From assembly GCF_018350175.1 (NCBI RefSeq), contig NC_058373.1, positions 116,066,001 through 116,130,000 on the forward strand: a stretch of 64,000 nucleotides of DNA. Reading direction: 5' to 3'. Source of the DNA: Felis catus (lineage: Eukaryota). The notes beneath the pieces are model-generated. The model worked only from the letters and a program-made list of their open reading frames with translations. It searched no databases and was not told the origin of the DNA. Shown here piece by piece: positions 50,525 through 64,000 of the stretch. Positions within the stretch are counted from its first letter, which is position 1. Every line of letters starts with the position of its first letter. The position numbers and the translations under genes are program-made.

Positions 50525-51268
50525 CTTGTAGCCAAGGAAGCCCGACCGCAAAGGCTCAAAACAATGGGAGTCGCCATTTTGAACCACAAATCCTTAATAG
50601 TCCTGGAAAGCTAAGAAAAACACAGTAAAATTTCCTATGAGTCACTTCCCAACTTCTCATCTAAGAGTAGGGAGAGGCCAACCTCAAGTAACACCTCAGG
50701 CTAAGACTAGCTTTGTTCTGACTCACTGTCTTCCTGTCTATGCTACGGATGCCTTTCTGAGTACCCACCTTCCACCTTCATGCCCACTGGGATGGGTGAG
50801 ATGAGGTTTGTACCTGTACCTTCCTGGCCTATCTCCAAAGATGACTCGTGAAATCCAAGCGATAGAGTTGAGGATCTTACTATGGTTGGATGAAATCACA
50901 ACCACACAGGTTCTCAAGGTGGTACATCTCTGTTCCCAGAGGGAGACCAGTCTGTTGGTTCCTTCCCTGATACCTAGAAAGGTAGCCATAATGGGCATAC
51001 CCTGAAACTGCCAGGAAAATGTTCAAATGTCTTCTTTCCTGCCCTCAGGGAACCTCCTAGTGAGGAAAGGTCTTAGAATGTGTCCCTTTTCCTGAGCAGG
51101 GACATTCTTACTCTTCCTATAAGGTCATTATCAGTGACCTTCTCATTCCCAGCCTCTCCTTCAGTGTACTACATATCAAATCAAACACCAAAAAACTTAT
51201 GAGGAGCCTAAAATTGGCTGGATTCATGGTCCATATGACCTAGAAGGATGCACACAAAGCCAGCCTTA

Positions 51269-51550
51269 TGGGGCATCTGGGTGGCTCAGTTGTTAAGCAT
51301 CCGACTTCAGCTCAGGTCATGATCTCGTGGTTTGTGAGTTTGAGCCCCACGTCAGGCTCTGTGCTGACAGCTCAGAGCCTGGAGCCTGCTTTCAGTTCTG
51401 TGTCTCCCTCTCTCTCTGTCCCTCCCCCACTGGGGCTCTGTCTATCTCTGTCTCTGTGTCTCTCTCTCTCTCTCTGTCCCTCCCCCACTGGAGCTGTCTG
51501 TCTCTGTCTCTGTGTCTCTCTCAAAAATAAATAAACATTTAAAGAAAAAT
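51269..51550 (+). mobile_element. CAN-SINE with duplicated 3' CT block
   Basis: tctctgtccctcccccactgg occurs twice; TSD aaagccagcctta. Confidence 0.93.
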
Positions 51551-51806
51551 TAAAGCCAGCCTTACATGCAATGATCACGGGTGGAAAGGTGTCCAATGGC
51601 AGGGGCGGGTGGGGTGGTGGTGGCAACATCCAAAAGTAAATCAAAATTACATAGACTTTCTACTTATTTTGCCAGGCATTAGAGGATTCATGTGCTCCAC
51701 AGGAACACTTCTGCAGATCCCCCTTTTTTCTCCTATTTGTTGTCCTCACATAAAGAAACTCATGACTTTCCTGCTTACAATTCCTTTTTAAAAAGTGTTT
51801 CTAACA

Positions 51807-51996
51807 TGGGGCAGCCTGGGTGGGTTCGTTGGTTAAGTGTCCGATTTTGGCTCACGTCATGATCTCATGGTTCATGTTCGAGCCCCGCATCGGGCTCTCT
51901 GCACTGACAGTGCACAGCCTGCTTGGGATTCTGTCTCTCCCCATCTCTCTGCCCCTCCCCCGCTCCAAAATAAATAAACTTAAAAAAAAAAAAAAA
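51807..51996 (+). mobile_element. CAN-SINE
   Basis: TSD aaaaagtgtttct. Confidence 0.92.
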
Positions 51997-52344
51997 GTGT
52001 TTCTGTCAGGGTGAATTTGCTGGATTCCAGTCCTTGTCCCCTCTGCTTGCCTTCCGTCACCATAGCTTAAAAATACCGGTGGCAACAAACTCAAAATTCT
52101 CTTGGTGAGGCAGGAGAAGGGAAGAGATGGGAGGCGTTACTCATAGTGGTTGGGTGTTATTTCACCAGCAGTCAAGTCAACTCAGAGCATTAAGGAATGA
52201 AGGCTGGAAAGCCCAATTTCTCTTTCATGATATTAATCTATGAATGTAAGTCAGCACTACAAAGCCTGCCCACCCATCCTCCATAGGGAATGGAACTGCC
52301 ACATGGGCCCAACGCGATCCATCTGGTTACAAACTCAGTTTGCA

Positions 52345-52462
52345 GGGCGCTTGGGTGGCTCAGTCAGTTGAGCATCCGACTTCAGCTCAGATCATATCTC
52401 ACAGCTCATGGGTTCAAGCCCTGCATGAGGCTCTGTGCTGACAGCAGGGAGCCTGCTTGATA
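52345..52462 (+). mobile_element. CAN-SINE, 3' truncated
   Basis: Head gggcgcttgggtggctcagtcagttgagc; no tail. Confidence 0.85.
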
Positions 52463-53509
52463 TCCTCAAGAGTCAAATGATTTGGAAGCTTCTGTTATGG
52501 TCCAACTTTTGGATAGCTTTATATAAGCATAACTTTGATTCACACTGAACCCTAGCAAGAAGCAAAGCTAAGGCTACAGAATGATGGCTAAGATTCATAC
52601 TGTGCTCCTGGAGGGGCCCTGGGGAAAGGGCAAAGGAGAAAGTAGCCCTCCGCTCCTATGCATTTTAGGACCACCAGGTCTAGGGCTGTCAGGTCCCTGG
52701 GTTAGAACAGTGAAGGATCCCCTCCCTGCAATTCCAGATGTGGGGATGATCTGCCCCACAAGGACCCCAAGACCAGGTTTAAAGCCATGGCTAGCCCCAG
52801 TGCACCCAGAGTCTGGTTAGTCACAGGGTCAGTCCTACAGAACAAGCTGCTAGTATGGGGTCTCCCACTGCAATCTGCTCCCAGAGGACAGAGAAGAAAG
52901 ACCACCACACGAGTGCTGGAGGGCCCTGGACTCGAGTTCAGGCCCCACCATTCTCTAGCTATGTGTTCTTGGGCAACGCATTAAACCTCTGAGCCTCAGT
53001 TTCCTCTACTGCAAAATGGGGTTACCACCACCTCCGCCTTGAGCATCTGAGACAGATACTGCTCCAAATTAAATTCTATAGCACCAAATACAAAATATGA
53101 TTATTCTTCATCTCATCTCTAGGAATACTGGGGGGCGAAATGGAGGGCATTTATTGCTGTCACCTGAATAATAAGCTAAGGAAAGAAATCACATAATGTC
53201 ACTAATAATCTTAAATCATCGGGCTTATGTGGGAAAGGCTTATGAGAGGCTTATGTGGGAAAAATTTAAGTTGCTTTTCTATTACCATCCATGGGACTTG
53301 ATGGGCCACCCTTCCTTGTCACCAGCTGCCATGCACTTGGAAAGGACAAGCTAATTTATGATGAATTTTATGATTTTGAGGGAGAGGGGAGAACTGGCAA
53401 TTACAGAGAGATTGTTAATGACCCACCATGGGACTCCTATCCCTAAAGACAGATAGCTAGGAGCTGACTACTTAAAAATGTTTTTCAATCTGATCAGAAC
53501 ATGGACGGA

Positions 53510-54578
53510 GGCCCCTCTTTTCCAAAGAAGATAAACAAATACCCAACAGATACATGAAAAGATGCTCAACATCACTAATCATCAGGAAGATGCAAATCAA
53601 AACCACAATGAGATATCATGTCACATCTGCTAGGATGCCTATTACCAAAAAGCAAGAGATAACAAGTGTTGGGGAGGATGTTTACAAAAAAAAAAAGGGA
53701 ATCTCTGTGCACTGCCGGTAGAAATGTAAATTGCTGCAGGCACGGTGGGAAACAATATGGACGCTCCTCAAAAAATTTAAAAGTAGAACCACCATATGAT
53801 CCAGCAATTCTACTTCTGGGTGTACATCCAAAGGAAATGAAATCACTATCTCCAAGAGATATCTGCACCCCCATGCTCACTGCAGCATTATAGCCACGGT
53901 ATAGTGAGAATCAAGTGTCTATCCACGGGCGAATGGATAAAGACGACGTGCTGTACATACATATACGATCAAGTATTATTTGGTCCATAAACAAAGAAAA
54001 TTCTGCCATTTGTGACAACACGGATGGACCATGAGGGCATTATGCAAAGTGAAATAAGTCAGACAGAGAAAGATACGTACTGACTCTAAAAAAGAGGCAA
54101 ACTCAGAAACAAAGCAGAATGGTGTTTGCTAGGGGTTGAAGGGTAGAGGAAAGGGAGACACGCCGGCCAGAGAGCGCAAACTTCCTGTTAGAGGATGAGT
54201 AAGTTCTGGGGGTCTAACATACAGCATGGTGACTATAGCTAACAATACCGTACTGGGGTGCCTGGCTGGCTCAGTCGGTAGACCATGCTACTCTTTGTCT
54301 CAGGGTTGTGCGCTCAAGCCCCGCGTTGAGTGTAGAGATTACTTAAAAATAAAATCTCTTAAAGAAAAACGCAAAACCTATTATATATTTGAAAATTGCT
54401 AAGAAGAGTAAATCTTAAATGTTGTCACCACACCAAAAAATAATTATGTGAGGTGACAGATGTGTTAACTAAGCCTGCTGCGGTAACCATTTCGCAATAT
54501 ATATGCATATCAAAACATCACATTGTACACCTTAAACTTACGCAATGTTACCTGTCAATTATATCTCAATACAGCTGG
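53510..54578 (+). mobile_element. Old L1 3' end (L1MA-like) with a short SINE at about 54255-54362
   Basis: aaaagatgctcaacatcactaatcatcagg, ORF2 C-terminal PYDPAILLLGVHPKEMKS-like peptide, 3' end caattatatctcaatacagctgg. Confidence 0.9.
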
Positions 54579-54741
54579 CAGGGATGGGGGCGGGGGGTGG
54601 AGAGGAGGATTCTTTACTGTTTTTACTTCCTGAAAACTAAAATACATGGCAGAGCTTGAACAGTGGTCTCTTTTATATAACCCAGTGAAGACATGATCGT
54701 TAGTGGGCAGGAAAGATGCAGACTTTGCTGCTCAGCTTTAA

Positions 54742-54954
54742 AAAAATTTTTTTTTTAACGTTTATTTATTTTTGAGACAGAGAGAGAGCATGAACGGGGG
54801 GAGGGTCAGAGAGAGGGAGACACAGAATCTGAAACAGGCTCCAGGCTCCAAGCTGTCAGCACAGAGCCCGACGCGGGGCTCAAACTCACAGACCACGAGA
54901 TCGTGACCTGAGCCGAAGTCGGCCGCTCAACCGACTGAGCCACCCAGGCGCCCC
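54742..54954 (-). mobile_element. CAN-SINE
   Basis: TSD ctgctcagcttt. Confidence 0.94.
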
Positions 54955-57322
54955 TGCTCAGCTTTGACCTCTGGGGCTATAAGCAAGGCATCCCTGATCC
55001 CTTGGACGGTGCAGATGCCTCAGATGCTGTCGCCCACGATACTTGGGACCTAGCTGGGAAACATGGCAGAGTGACAGGCCCCACTGTCAGGGGCTGGGAG
55101 TGCCTGGAATAAAAGACCTGTCACTGGACCCAGGCAACCCAAAAGCCTGACTTTAGGCAAATTACTCAACGTCTTGTGGTCACAGCTCTAAGATTCCATT
55201 AAGCTCTAGTCTAATCCATAAACACAAAAAGGAGTTATGAATGACTGGAAACTGGAGACTATCACTGTTTCCCCCAACTACAGCTTTCACCTTCCTCTTG
55301 GATTCTGAAGGTTAACAGAATGCAGAAACAAACAAAAATAAAATGTATCCAGATGGCATGCACTCCACGGAGGGAAGTGGCAGGAGATGAGGGACACAGA
55401 CAGGAATAGGCAAATCACACAGAAAGAAAACACAGTCGCATCTGCACTGTGCAATCTGGGATACCTCTTTTTCTTTTTTCAAGAATACCTTTTCCTGTTA
55501 CCTTGCCTTATCAGGCATATCAAGTTGCAAGCAGTCACAAGGATCTGCAGAGAAAGGTCTGAGTTCCTAGATCAGTTGCTGCCAGGGCCCCACAGACCCA
55601 CTGTGAAGGTCAGGCCCCAAGGTAGACAGATGGGTAGAGAGTCAGAGCCTCCAGGGCTGGGCAATTCCAGAGGCAAACATTAGGCTTCTTACTTTCTAAG
55701 CTCCAAGAAACACCCTCTTCTAGAGTCCTAAGCTCCTGAAAAGCTTATGAAACAGAAATGGACATATAAAAAAGCAAAGCTTGATGACCGCAAATGCAGT
55801 TTGTTCAGTAGAGGAGTTTGAGTCCATCCAGAAAGGAACTAGGGGTAGAAAAGGCAAGGTTATATATATGCAAAGTCCTATACTGGGGGTGATTTGTGGG
55901 AAAGGGGAGGCAGGGAGCAGGAGAAAATGGAAGAAAGAAAAACATTACCTCTGCCGTCAATAATTCTACTGGGATTCCTGGGTTTTCACAGAAAAAAATT
56001 ATCGAAGGAGACAACAGCAACAACAAACCCCACACATCAATTACATTTGCTTCTAAGAAGTAAACTTAGGGTTTCGGGTAGGAATAAGATGGACTTTTCT
56101 TTGTACTTCAGTTTTGAACTATTCTTACCTTCTGTACGTATCACTGTGTCTGTAACTATAAATATCTACACTGCAACTGGAGAACAGGACTAAAACACTT
56201 AACAGCCAAGTACAAGACAATTTATACTTAAAAGCAGAAGATCACAAATTACGGATCTAAAGACTGAGGAAATAAACGTAGCCTCTGGAATTACAATAAT
56301 AATGATCGATATGTGGAGCACTTACCGTGTGCCAGAGGGTGCTAAGCGCTTCATCTAGATTATTTCACTGAATCCTCACCTCTACCCTATAAAATGAGAT
56401 GGGTGCAATTATCATTATTCCCATTTAACATTAACAAAAACTAAAGCACAAAGAGTTTATCATTTGTGCAAGGTCCCAGCTATCAAGTAATAGAGCCAAG
56501 GCATCAACCACACCTCACCCAGAGCTCACGTGGGCTCATCTCCAATGAAAGAGGGGGTTCACATCCTAAATGTGGACTCTAAAGGAGAGTGGGGGCATTG
56601 TTGAGATAATATCTTGGGCTGGAGAGAGACGTTAATGCATGGGAACAGGCACAGTGCTGGAATCTGTGATGACCAAACCCACAAACATTTCCTGAGGACC
56701 TACTAAATGCTGGGCCCAGCCAGATGTGCAATAGCTATAGGCAATAAAGCTGCTGCACAGAGATGGGCAAAGGGCAGTGACACGCCATCCTCCTACCAAA
56801 AGAAGACCGCAGCATTCAAAAAACAAATCTCTTCAGCCCGCCCTGAATATTCCAGTCTTAAAAAAGGCCGTGCAACAATCATGCTAAGTTGACTTGGGGA
56901 AGAAGCCAGGAAGAGGTGTGAAAACGGCTTTCCCTTTGACCTTGGCCATGGACTGGTGCAGCAGAGGAGAGAGAAATATACTGCCTTCCTCCTGGGGCAA
57001 AATCATTTTAATTATCAACTGAGAGGCCAGCAGAGCCATAAAACCGGCCAGCTGTCCCATTCATTCAGGCCAAAGTCCGTAACAAGACAAGGCAGCATTT
57101 CTCAGGGGGGTAAGCACTGTAAGTTAAGATAGGTCTGGAGACAGTGAGAGAGACACCGCCTTCTCTACAAGAAGCCCAGACATGGCTGGAAGCGGCTGGG
57201 TTGGGGGCGGGTTACCGGTCCCCTTCTGCGGCTTCAGCTGAAATAAATCTGCCTTACAGTAAAACTACCCCTGGCCGACTTGGGAAAAGTCAGCTCAGGG
57301 CTGCCTAAAATCCTCAGGCTAC

Positions 57323-57457
57323 TTTTTTGTTTTGTTTTAAGTAGGCTCCATGCTCAACGTGGAGCCCAGTGCAGGGCTTGAACTCACAACCCTGAGATCA
57401 AGACCTGAGTTGAGATCAAGAGGTGGATGCTTAACCGACTGAACCCCCCAGGCACCC
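57323..57457 (-). mobile_element. Short CAN-SINE
   Basis: TSD tcctca(g/t)gctacttt. Confidence 0.88.
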
Positions 57458-57527
57458 GTCCTCATGCTACTTTAAAAAGGGAAAGTGAACTATATCCTGT
57501 GTATATCTAAAATAACAAGGAATAGAT

Positions 57528-57765
57528 GGGGCGCCTGGGTGGCGCAGTCGGTTAAGCGTCCGACTTCAGCCAGGTCACGATCTCGCGGTCCGGGAGTTCG
57601 AGCCCCGCGTCGGGCTCTGGGCTGATGGCTCAGAGCCTGGAGCCTGTTTCCGATTCTGTGTCTCCCTCTCTCTCTGCCCGTCCCCCGTTCATGCTCTGTC
57701 TCTCTCTGTCCCAAAAATAAATAAACGTTGAAAAAAAAATTAAAAAAAAAAAAAAAAAATAAAAT
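57528..57765 (+). mobile_element. Young felid CAN-SINE
   Basis: Perfect 18-bp TSD aaaataacaaggaataga at 57509-57526 and 57766-57783. Confidence 0.97.
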
Positions 57766-57884
57766 AAAATAACAAGGAATAGAGAGAAGTTTCTCCTACT
57801 CCTTCGAAAGAGGAAAAGAGCACAGCTTCGTTACTGAACATGGTCCCTATGGGGCACATGGCACACACTGTTTCATACCACCTC

Positions 57885-58074
57885 TTTTTTTTTTTTTTAA
57901 AGTTTATTTTGAGAGAGAGAGAGAAAGTGAGAGTAGGGGAGGGGTAGAGAGCGATGGAGAGAGAGACAGAATCTAACAGTGCAGAGCCCTATGCGGGGCT
58001 CAAATCCATGAACCGCACAATCATGACCTGAGCCAAAGTCGGATGCTTAACCGACTGAGCCACCCAGGCGCCCC
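57885..58074 (-). mobile_element. CAN-SINE
   Basis: TSD ctgtttcatacca. Confidence 0.92.
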
Positions 58075-59101
58075 TGTTTCATACCATCTTAAAACAACAC
58101 TGCTCTTTTCTGAAATGCCTACATTTTGCAGATAAGGATCCTGGAGCTCCAAGAAGCTACCCACATGTCCCATGTCAGGGCTCAAGAAGTAGCTTTAATC
58201 CAAGTCTCTCTGACTCCCCAGCCAGCGTTCCTTCCATGTGTGGAAGGACCAATGGGATTCCCAAAACCAAGCATGGGGGGAAATGCTTTCTTCTCAGATC
58301 AAAACCTTCAAGTTTCCTACAGAGAGCAAAAATCCCGGGGACGAGCAATCCTCAGCTTTAATATGTCTCATTTCTAGACCTCTCTGTCATGCTCCAGCAT
58401 CTGCATGAGCACAATCTTCCTGCAACTCTGATGGGGAGGGGGACGGAGGCACACAAACACCTGAGTGGTCTTGAGCCCCATCTGTAAAAGCCTAACGTCA
58501 ATTCAGAGAAGTGGGGATGGGAAGCTGATAGCAAAGTTCGGAGACACCAGGATGCCCCTCATTCAGTCCCAAGGACAGAAATGGCATTTGACGAACTGCG
58601 TCCTGCCTCCAGGATGAAGGCTGCCCTTGGTTTATTGCGAATCCCCATCATGATTCATGTGACTGGAGCATCTTCTCTCAGCAAGGCCATCTGTCATGCC
58701 CTGGGCAGCAAAGGGGCAGGGAGCTCCTGTGAGCTCCAGTCAACTGTGTTCTTGCTAAACCACTTGGAGAATATTCCCCATCAGGAGCTCTGGCCCCTGC
58801 AACAAAAAGCCAGAAAGCAGGGAACCCGGGCCTGTGGCAGACCACGTAATCACCACCTTCTCCCAAACACCCATTCACACTTTAAGTCACACAATGTCAG
58901 TCCTGGAAGGGACCTCAGGGACCATCTTGTCCAAACCTTTCATTTCACACTCGTGGAACCTGAGGCCCAGAGAGCACAAGATGTGCCCAAAGGCAACCCA
59001 GCCAATCAGTGCTGAGGGTGGCACGTGGGTCTATGCTCCTTCCACTGCACCCATTCATTCTTCCCTTACTCACAGGCCCAGTTTAAGAAGTTCGCTGTAA
59101 C

Positions 59102-59288
59102 AGGGGCACATGGGTGGCTCAGTCGGTTAAGTGTTCGACTTCGGCTCAGGTCATGATCTCACAGTTTGTGAGTTTGAGCCCCGCGTCGGGCTCTGTGCTG
59201 ACAGCTCGGAGCCTGGAGTCTACTTTGGATTCTCTGTCTCTTTCTCTCTCTGCACCTCCCCCCCAAAATAAACGTTAAAAAAAAAAAG
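59102..59288 (+). mobile_element. CAN-SINE
   Basis: Head, CT tract and A tail. Confidence 0.92.
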
Positions 59289-62200
59289 AATAAGAAATCC
59301 TCTCTAACAGTGTTGATTCATAACCTTCTCAGAGTCTTGGATTAGTCAAAGTAGTATACCCCAAATGAACCTATACACATTCTGCGTAGATTCCAAGGGA
59401 TTCAAGGGTGCTGTGTTAACAACCTGTCCCTAATAAGAGCAACAAATATGGCTCTACAAGAAGCTGATGGGAGACTGAAAGGGATTCTAAGGTAAAGAGA
59501 TGGGTGGCCCGGGGAAGAAGCTACATTTGTCTCTTGACTCAACAAGACCACGCACATCACACCTCGAGTCTCACTTTCCCTATCCATAAGTAACCCTGAG
59601 CTACCTCCCAGAAATGAGGTAAAACACCGGGTCAGGAATGGAAATTCTTCCAAGTGGTGTGGAGGAAGGGAGAGCCAGGCAGCCTCTGGTCTCCTTGGAG
59701 CTTCTGAAGCACAAATCTTGACCCTGAGTGGTGACAGTGCCACAGACCAGCTGCAAAAGGTTCAGGTCACTACTTAGCTGTTACGAGGCTTGCCTGGGGA
59801 AAGGTGTAGGGAAGAGAAGACACAGTAATTTGGCTTTCAAGGCAACAGCAGCTCAAATCAGAGGAAACAGAGATAAAAGGGAAAACACTAAGGAATCTGG
59901 AAGTCAGAGCCCGCACACCACTAGAAGCCCTGCTTGCCCTGCAACTGCACCCTCACTGAGGCTGTTTCCCCAAGATAACAACTCAGGGTCCAGGATACCT
60001 ACCAAGATCCTTCGCACAACACCATCTTCTGCTCCGACAGCAACGCAGGCTTTAGAGGTGCCTAAACATTGCCCAGGGCCCCACACTACCTCCTACACCA
60101 CTGAGTAAGCTGCAGAGAAGCCCCAGAGCCACCAAAGGTGAAGGAAGGCACTCCAGAGCAAGCTTGGGGAAAGGATGGCAAAGAGACCAGTTTCCCTCCT
60201 GATCCTTCTCAGCAGCCCCTCAGCCCCACCACCCACAGGAAAGGACCCAGGGGATGTCAAGGGCACTTGCCTCTTGTGGGGGGTGGGGGGGGCATGCTCT
60301 CACTGGACATTTGTGCCTGCTGGTCTCCTTGCCTGGACCGTCCTGGCCTTAGCTACCCTCACTGCTTTGTCTCATGAACTCCTCCCTACTCCCTCCGGAG
60401 ATTCTCAGGCATGCCCCTTTATTATCATTCTCATGGTACCAACATCTGCCCTGAACAGTATGCACAGAGTCATGACTTTACATTTTAGGTCTTTCCCCCA
60501 TGACCCCCCGGGGAGCTCTGTGAGGGCAGGGCAGGTGTCTGTTTTCGTTTACTGTTATATTCTCAACACCAAGCGCTCCAATTGACACACAAAGAAGAAG
60601 CATCTTTGTGCGAAGACGGCCACGCCCAGGGGAAAATCGACAAGCAAGGTTCCCAGGCAAAGTTAAAGAACTGAGGTCTGCAACCCAGACCTTCTGGCCT
60701 CACCCGCTACTTCTGCCGAGTCGTGTTCACCTGGCTGGTTGGTTGCTTCGTCTCAGCCTCATCCACGTATGTCTTCATTTTGACTCGCAGAACATGTCTC
60801 TGTGTTCATGCAAAATGCTACCCATCAGCTGAACGGAATACTCTGGTACATGCCTGGTGGCTGCTAGCTAACCTTAGCTATTGCCTCCTACAACCAAAAT
60901 GACCCAATTCATTAAGCACTGATATGCTGTTGCCAGGAAAAAAAATCCTCAAAACATGTCCATCACCCTCCAATTCCAAAAGAAGGAGCTTGAGGAAAGA
61001 ACCACAAAGAACAGAAATGGGAAGAAAAATGGAGAGAGAGCCAGCAGCACCCGAGCCAGGTACTGTTGGAAGTATCTCACTGGGGATGCATTCCTGAGGC
61101 ATAAAAAAAGGCATTTACGCACCTCTTATAAAGGACTGGGAACTGGGCTCTCTAGCCCATACTTTCTGCCTCCCAGACCCATCCTGGGGATGTTTTATAG
61201 TTTATTTTATGCTCTTATAGGAAAATCTGCTGTTATGGCCACTCTTCATCCTTTTCTAGGCAAGTCCTTCCTGCCACATTGCTCTTGGCCAGGATCCCTG
61301 TGCCCTACTTGCTTCTTCCATTCCTTCTTTCCTGCGCATAGGAACGCGCTCTACCTCAGTGTACAGGAGGAAGGGCACCAGAGAGTGGAATCCAGTGGGT
61401 CAGACCATTCCACAAGCCTTGCAGCTGGCATGCTGTCAGTCTGGAGAAATCCTCCCCAGGAAGCACAGTCGGGGCTGTGGCCAGTGTCCAGTCCAGGTGT
61501 AAACCAGGGCTTAGATGTTACAGCCTGCCTGAGGTCAAGGGCAAGACGGAAGCTCTGTCCCCCTGACTCTTCCAAAGAAAGCAAGTCTTCGGCTTCCTTA
61601 TCTTGTCAACTCCGGAGAGAAGGCTGAAGAAGGGCACCAAGTGCAACCGAGCAGAGACACCAGAGGGAGAGGTGCTACTCAGGCCTTGAGTCGCAGGGGG
61701 AGCAGCCAATCAAACTCAACAAAACTAGAACTGAGACTGTAAGGAGCACAAAAGGGGATTCACAAGTTGGGAACACAAGGATCGCTGAGGTTGGATGGAA
61801 GGGACTGGCAGTGGATGCAGGCAGCACAGGGGCGGGGGGGGGGGGGGGGGGGTTGCTGCTCCAGCAGTATCCGGCAGCCCGCAACTGGCTGCAGTGGAGA
61901 CACTGGCCAGTGGATTATTCGGGGCTGGCATCCAGGAAGGGTGCAGGGAAAGAAGAGGGCAGAGGCACTGGAGGACGGCAACAAATACACGGCGAGAATA
62001 CCACCCTCGGCACCGGAAACGATGGCGAACTCGGACATTAGGAAGGGGGTGAGGGCCTGGAGATCACACGGAGGATGAAAAGCGACATCTGTACCAGGGA
62101 GGCAGGAGGGACGTCCTTTGACAAGAGAAGCGGAAGCTTTACATTTTGAGATCCTGTAAGCAGGCCAGTTCAAGCGATACTGCGCTCGCTCATTTATTCA

Positions 62201-63274
62201 CTCATTCATGTACCTGGGAAGCTAAAGACACAAAATCCGTTTGGAGGCAGAGCGGATGCTCCTGAAATCATCGCCAACATAAAGAGGCCAGGGGATGCAG
62301 GCTGGCAGCCGGCTACAGGCCAGCAGTGCTTTGTTCTATTTTTCAACGGCCCGCGCTGGATGGAGCACGCACTCCCTTCATCATTCCCACCAAGCCCTAT
62401 AGCTTCACACCAGCGGCTTCACAGACGTACTGACCCTGGAAGACATCTGAGCTTGCCACGCTAATATCCTCTACGTGCTCTCAGGTAGCGTGTGTTCAGC
62501 ACGAGGCGACTACTTAGCAATGACCACAGTGATGGACTGTCGGGAGGAAGCGGCCAGGTTTGCGCTGAGCACAGGAAAATGGGTAAGGTTTGGACAGGCA
62601 GAGACACGAGGCAAGGCCACCCCGGGAAGCAAGGTTATTCCCATGGCAAGGGTGTAATGAGGCCTCAGTGGCCCGGAAGCACAGAGTGTATTCCAGGGGA
62701 AAGAGGAAACCAGCTTGGCTTAAGGGGAAAGGGCCTTTAGAGGAAGAGAGAGATAAAGGCAGCAAAGACCTCATGAGAAGTTTCGGGTGACATCCAAACC
62801 AAAGAAGGCAGGTGTGGTTAGTCCCAACCAAATGCAGTCCACCACTCACCTCTGGTTTTCAGCTATGAAGCTAAATTGATCAGCTCTTAATGAAATGTGG
62901 CTGCTATGGCTCTATGAGTAGGACAGCAATAGCATTCCTAATTCTATAAAACCAAAGCACTATAGGGCCACGTGAAGCAATTCAGCGAGACGCCCCAGCC
63001 GCCCAAAAGCAGTGTGCCAGCAACAGCATGGCGACTGGGAACACAAGCTGAGGGGTCAGGCCTGGGTGCTAAGTCTGCTCTTAGGCCTGGAGGTGAGATC
63101 CTAGAGAAATGGATGACCCCTTGGAGCCTTAGTTTCCTCATCTGTAAAATAAAGACATTCATAGTCTACTCGGCAGGGTTGCTGTAAGAATTAAAACAGA
63201 ATCTACATGAAATGCTCAGACAGTGCCTGACCTAAAGAGAGCACTCATTTTATATATATAATATATATATATAT

Positions 63275-63466
63275 ATTTTTTTTTTTTTTGAGAGAGCAAG
63301 TGCATGCACTTGTGGGGGAGGGACACAGAGAGACAGAATCCCAAGCAGGCTCCACGCTGTCTGCGCAGAACCTGGCAAGGGGCTCAAACTCACAAAACCA
63401 TGAGATCATGACCTGAACCCAAATCAAGAGTCGGACACTTAACCAACTGAGCCACCCAGGTGCCCC
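63275..63466 (-). mobile_element. CAN-SINE inserted in a MIR (MIR about 63100-63500)
   Basis: SINE body ending ccaggtgcccc; upstream MIR core gagccttagtttcctcatctgtaaaat. Confidence 0.9.
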
Positions 63467-64000
63467 AATCACATCAGTTATATTATTATTGTTACTGTTA
63501 TTACTAAGGCTTTGGTTTAGTTAATACAGCATGTCTAAGTAGCAGAAGATCGTACAACCTTTAAATACCTTGTGGTGGAAGAATATTTATTTACGTAACA
63601 AGTCACAACCCGCTGACAAGGAGGGCAGCATGAAAGCATGCTACACGGTTATTAGGATTTCCTGTGTATGATTCTGGGTAAAAAACACACATAAATGCAA
63701 AAACTGGAAAAACTGCTTTACCTCTATGTTTTTCTGTGTTTTCTAAGAGGAGAAAAGAAGTGATTTAATAATGAAAGTAATAACACAACCTTCACTTTGG
63801 GCAAGGCTTTTCAATGTCCAAAGCTTTTTCCTATGATCTCATTTTTACACTAATGTAAGCTTGAATGACCGCTATTAAACTGCTATTCTGCCAAATGCCT
63901 GTAAGCCAAAATCCAGAAATCCATCTCCTTACCCCCAAAAGGGCAATCTTTCCACTAAAAGACCATCTTTCACTGACACCTTTGCTAACCATCAAGTCGC

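Noticed and set aside
60956..61627. 223-aa plus-strand ORF
   Set aside because: No recognisable motif; not the missing MAP3K9 exon (wrong strand, no kinase motifs).

Overview
This window is mammalian genomic DNA, almost certainly from a cat-family carnivore, because it carries about 40 tRNA-derived CAN-SINEs including young felid-type copies. It contains the 3' part of MAP3K9 (MLK1, mixed-lineage kinase 1) on the minus strand. I read ten coding exons directly, all with GT-AG boundaries and matching phases: 27914-28094, 16972-17120, 15919-16094, 11778-12018, 9940-10062, 8408-8561, 6020-6088, 4493-4605, 2713-3516 and 934-1418 (stop TAA). These correspond to exons 3-12 if numbered as I recall the human gene. 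Positions 1-933 are the start of the 3' UTR. Positions 28095-64000 are one large repeat-rich intron, and the SH3 and N-lobe exons lie beyond the right edge. The rest is SINE, L1, MIR, L2, MaLR LTR and DNA-transposon remnants plus microsatellites. I found no support for a new gene or a novel biological system, and most short ORFs in the track are exon shadows or repeat read-throughs. The best leads are regulatory and evolutionary details: a tight miRNA seed cluster in the 3' UTR, a duplicated hairpin and a NAGNAG acceptor at the CRIB-motif junction, a weak donor followed by G-runs, a 69-nt cassette exon, a candidate poison exon, a nested transposon stack, and young or inverted SINEs. Repeat boundaries are approximate and repeat subfamily names come from memory of consensus sequences.
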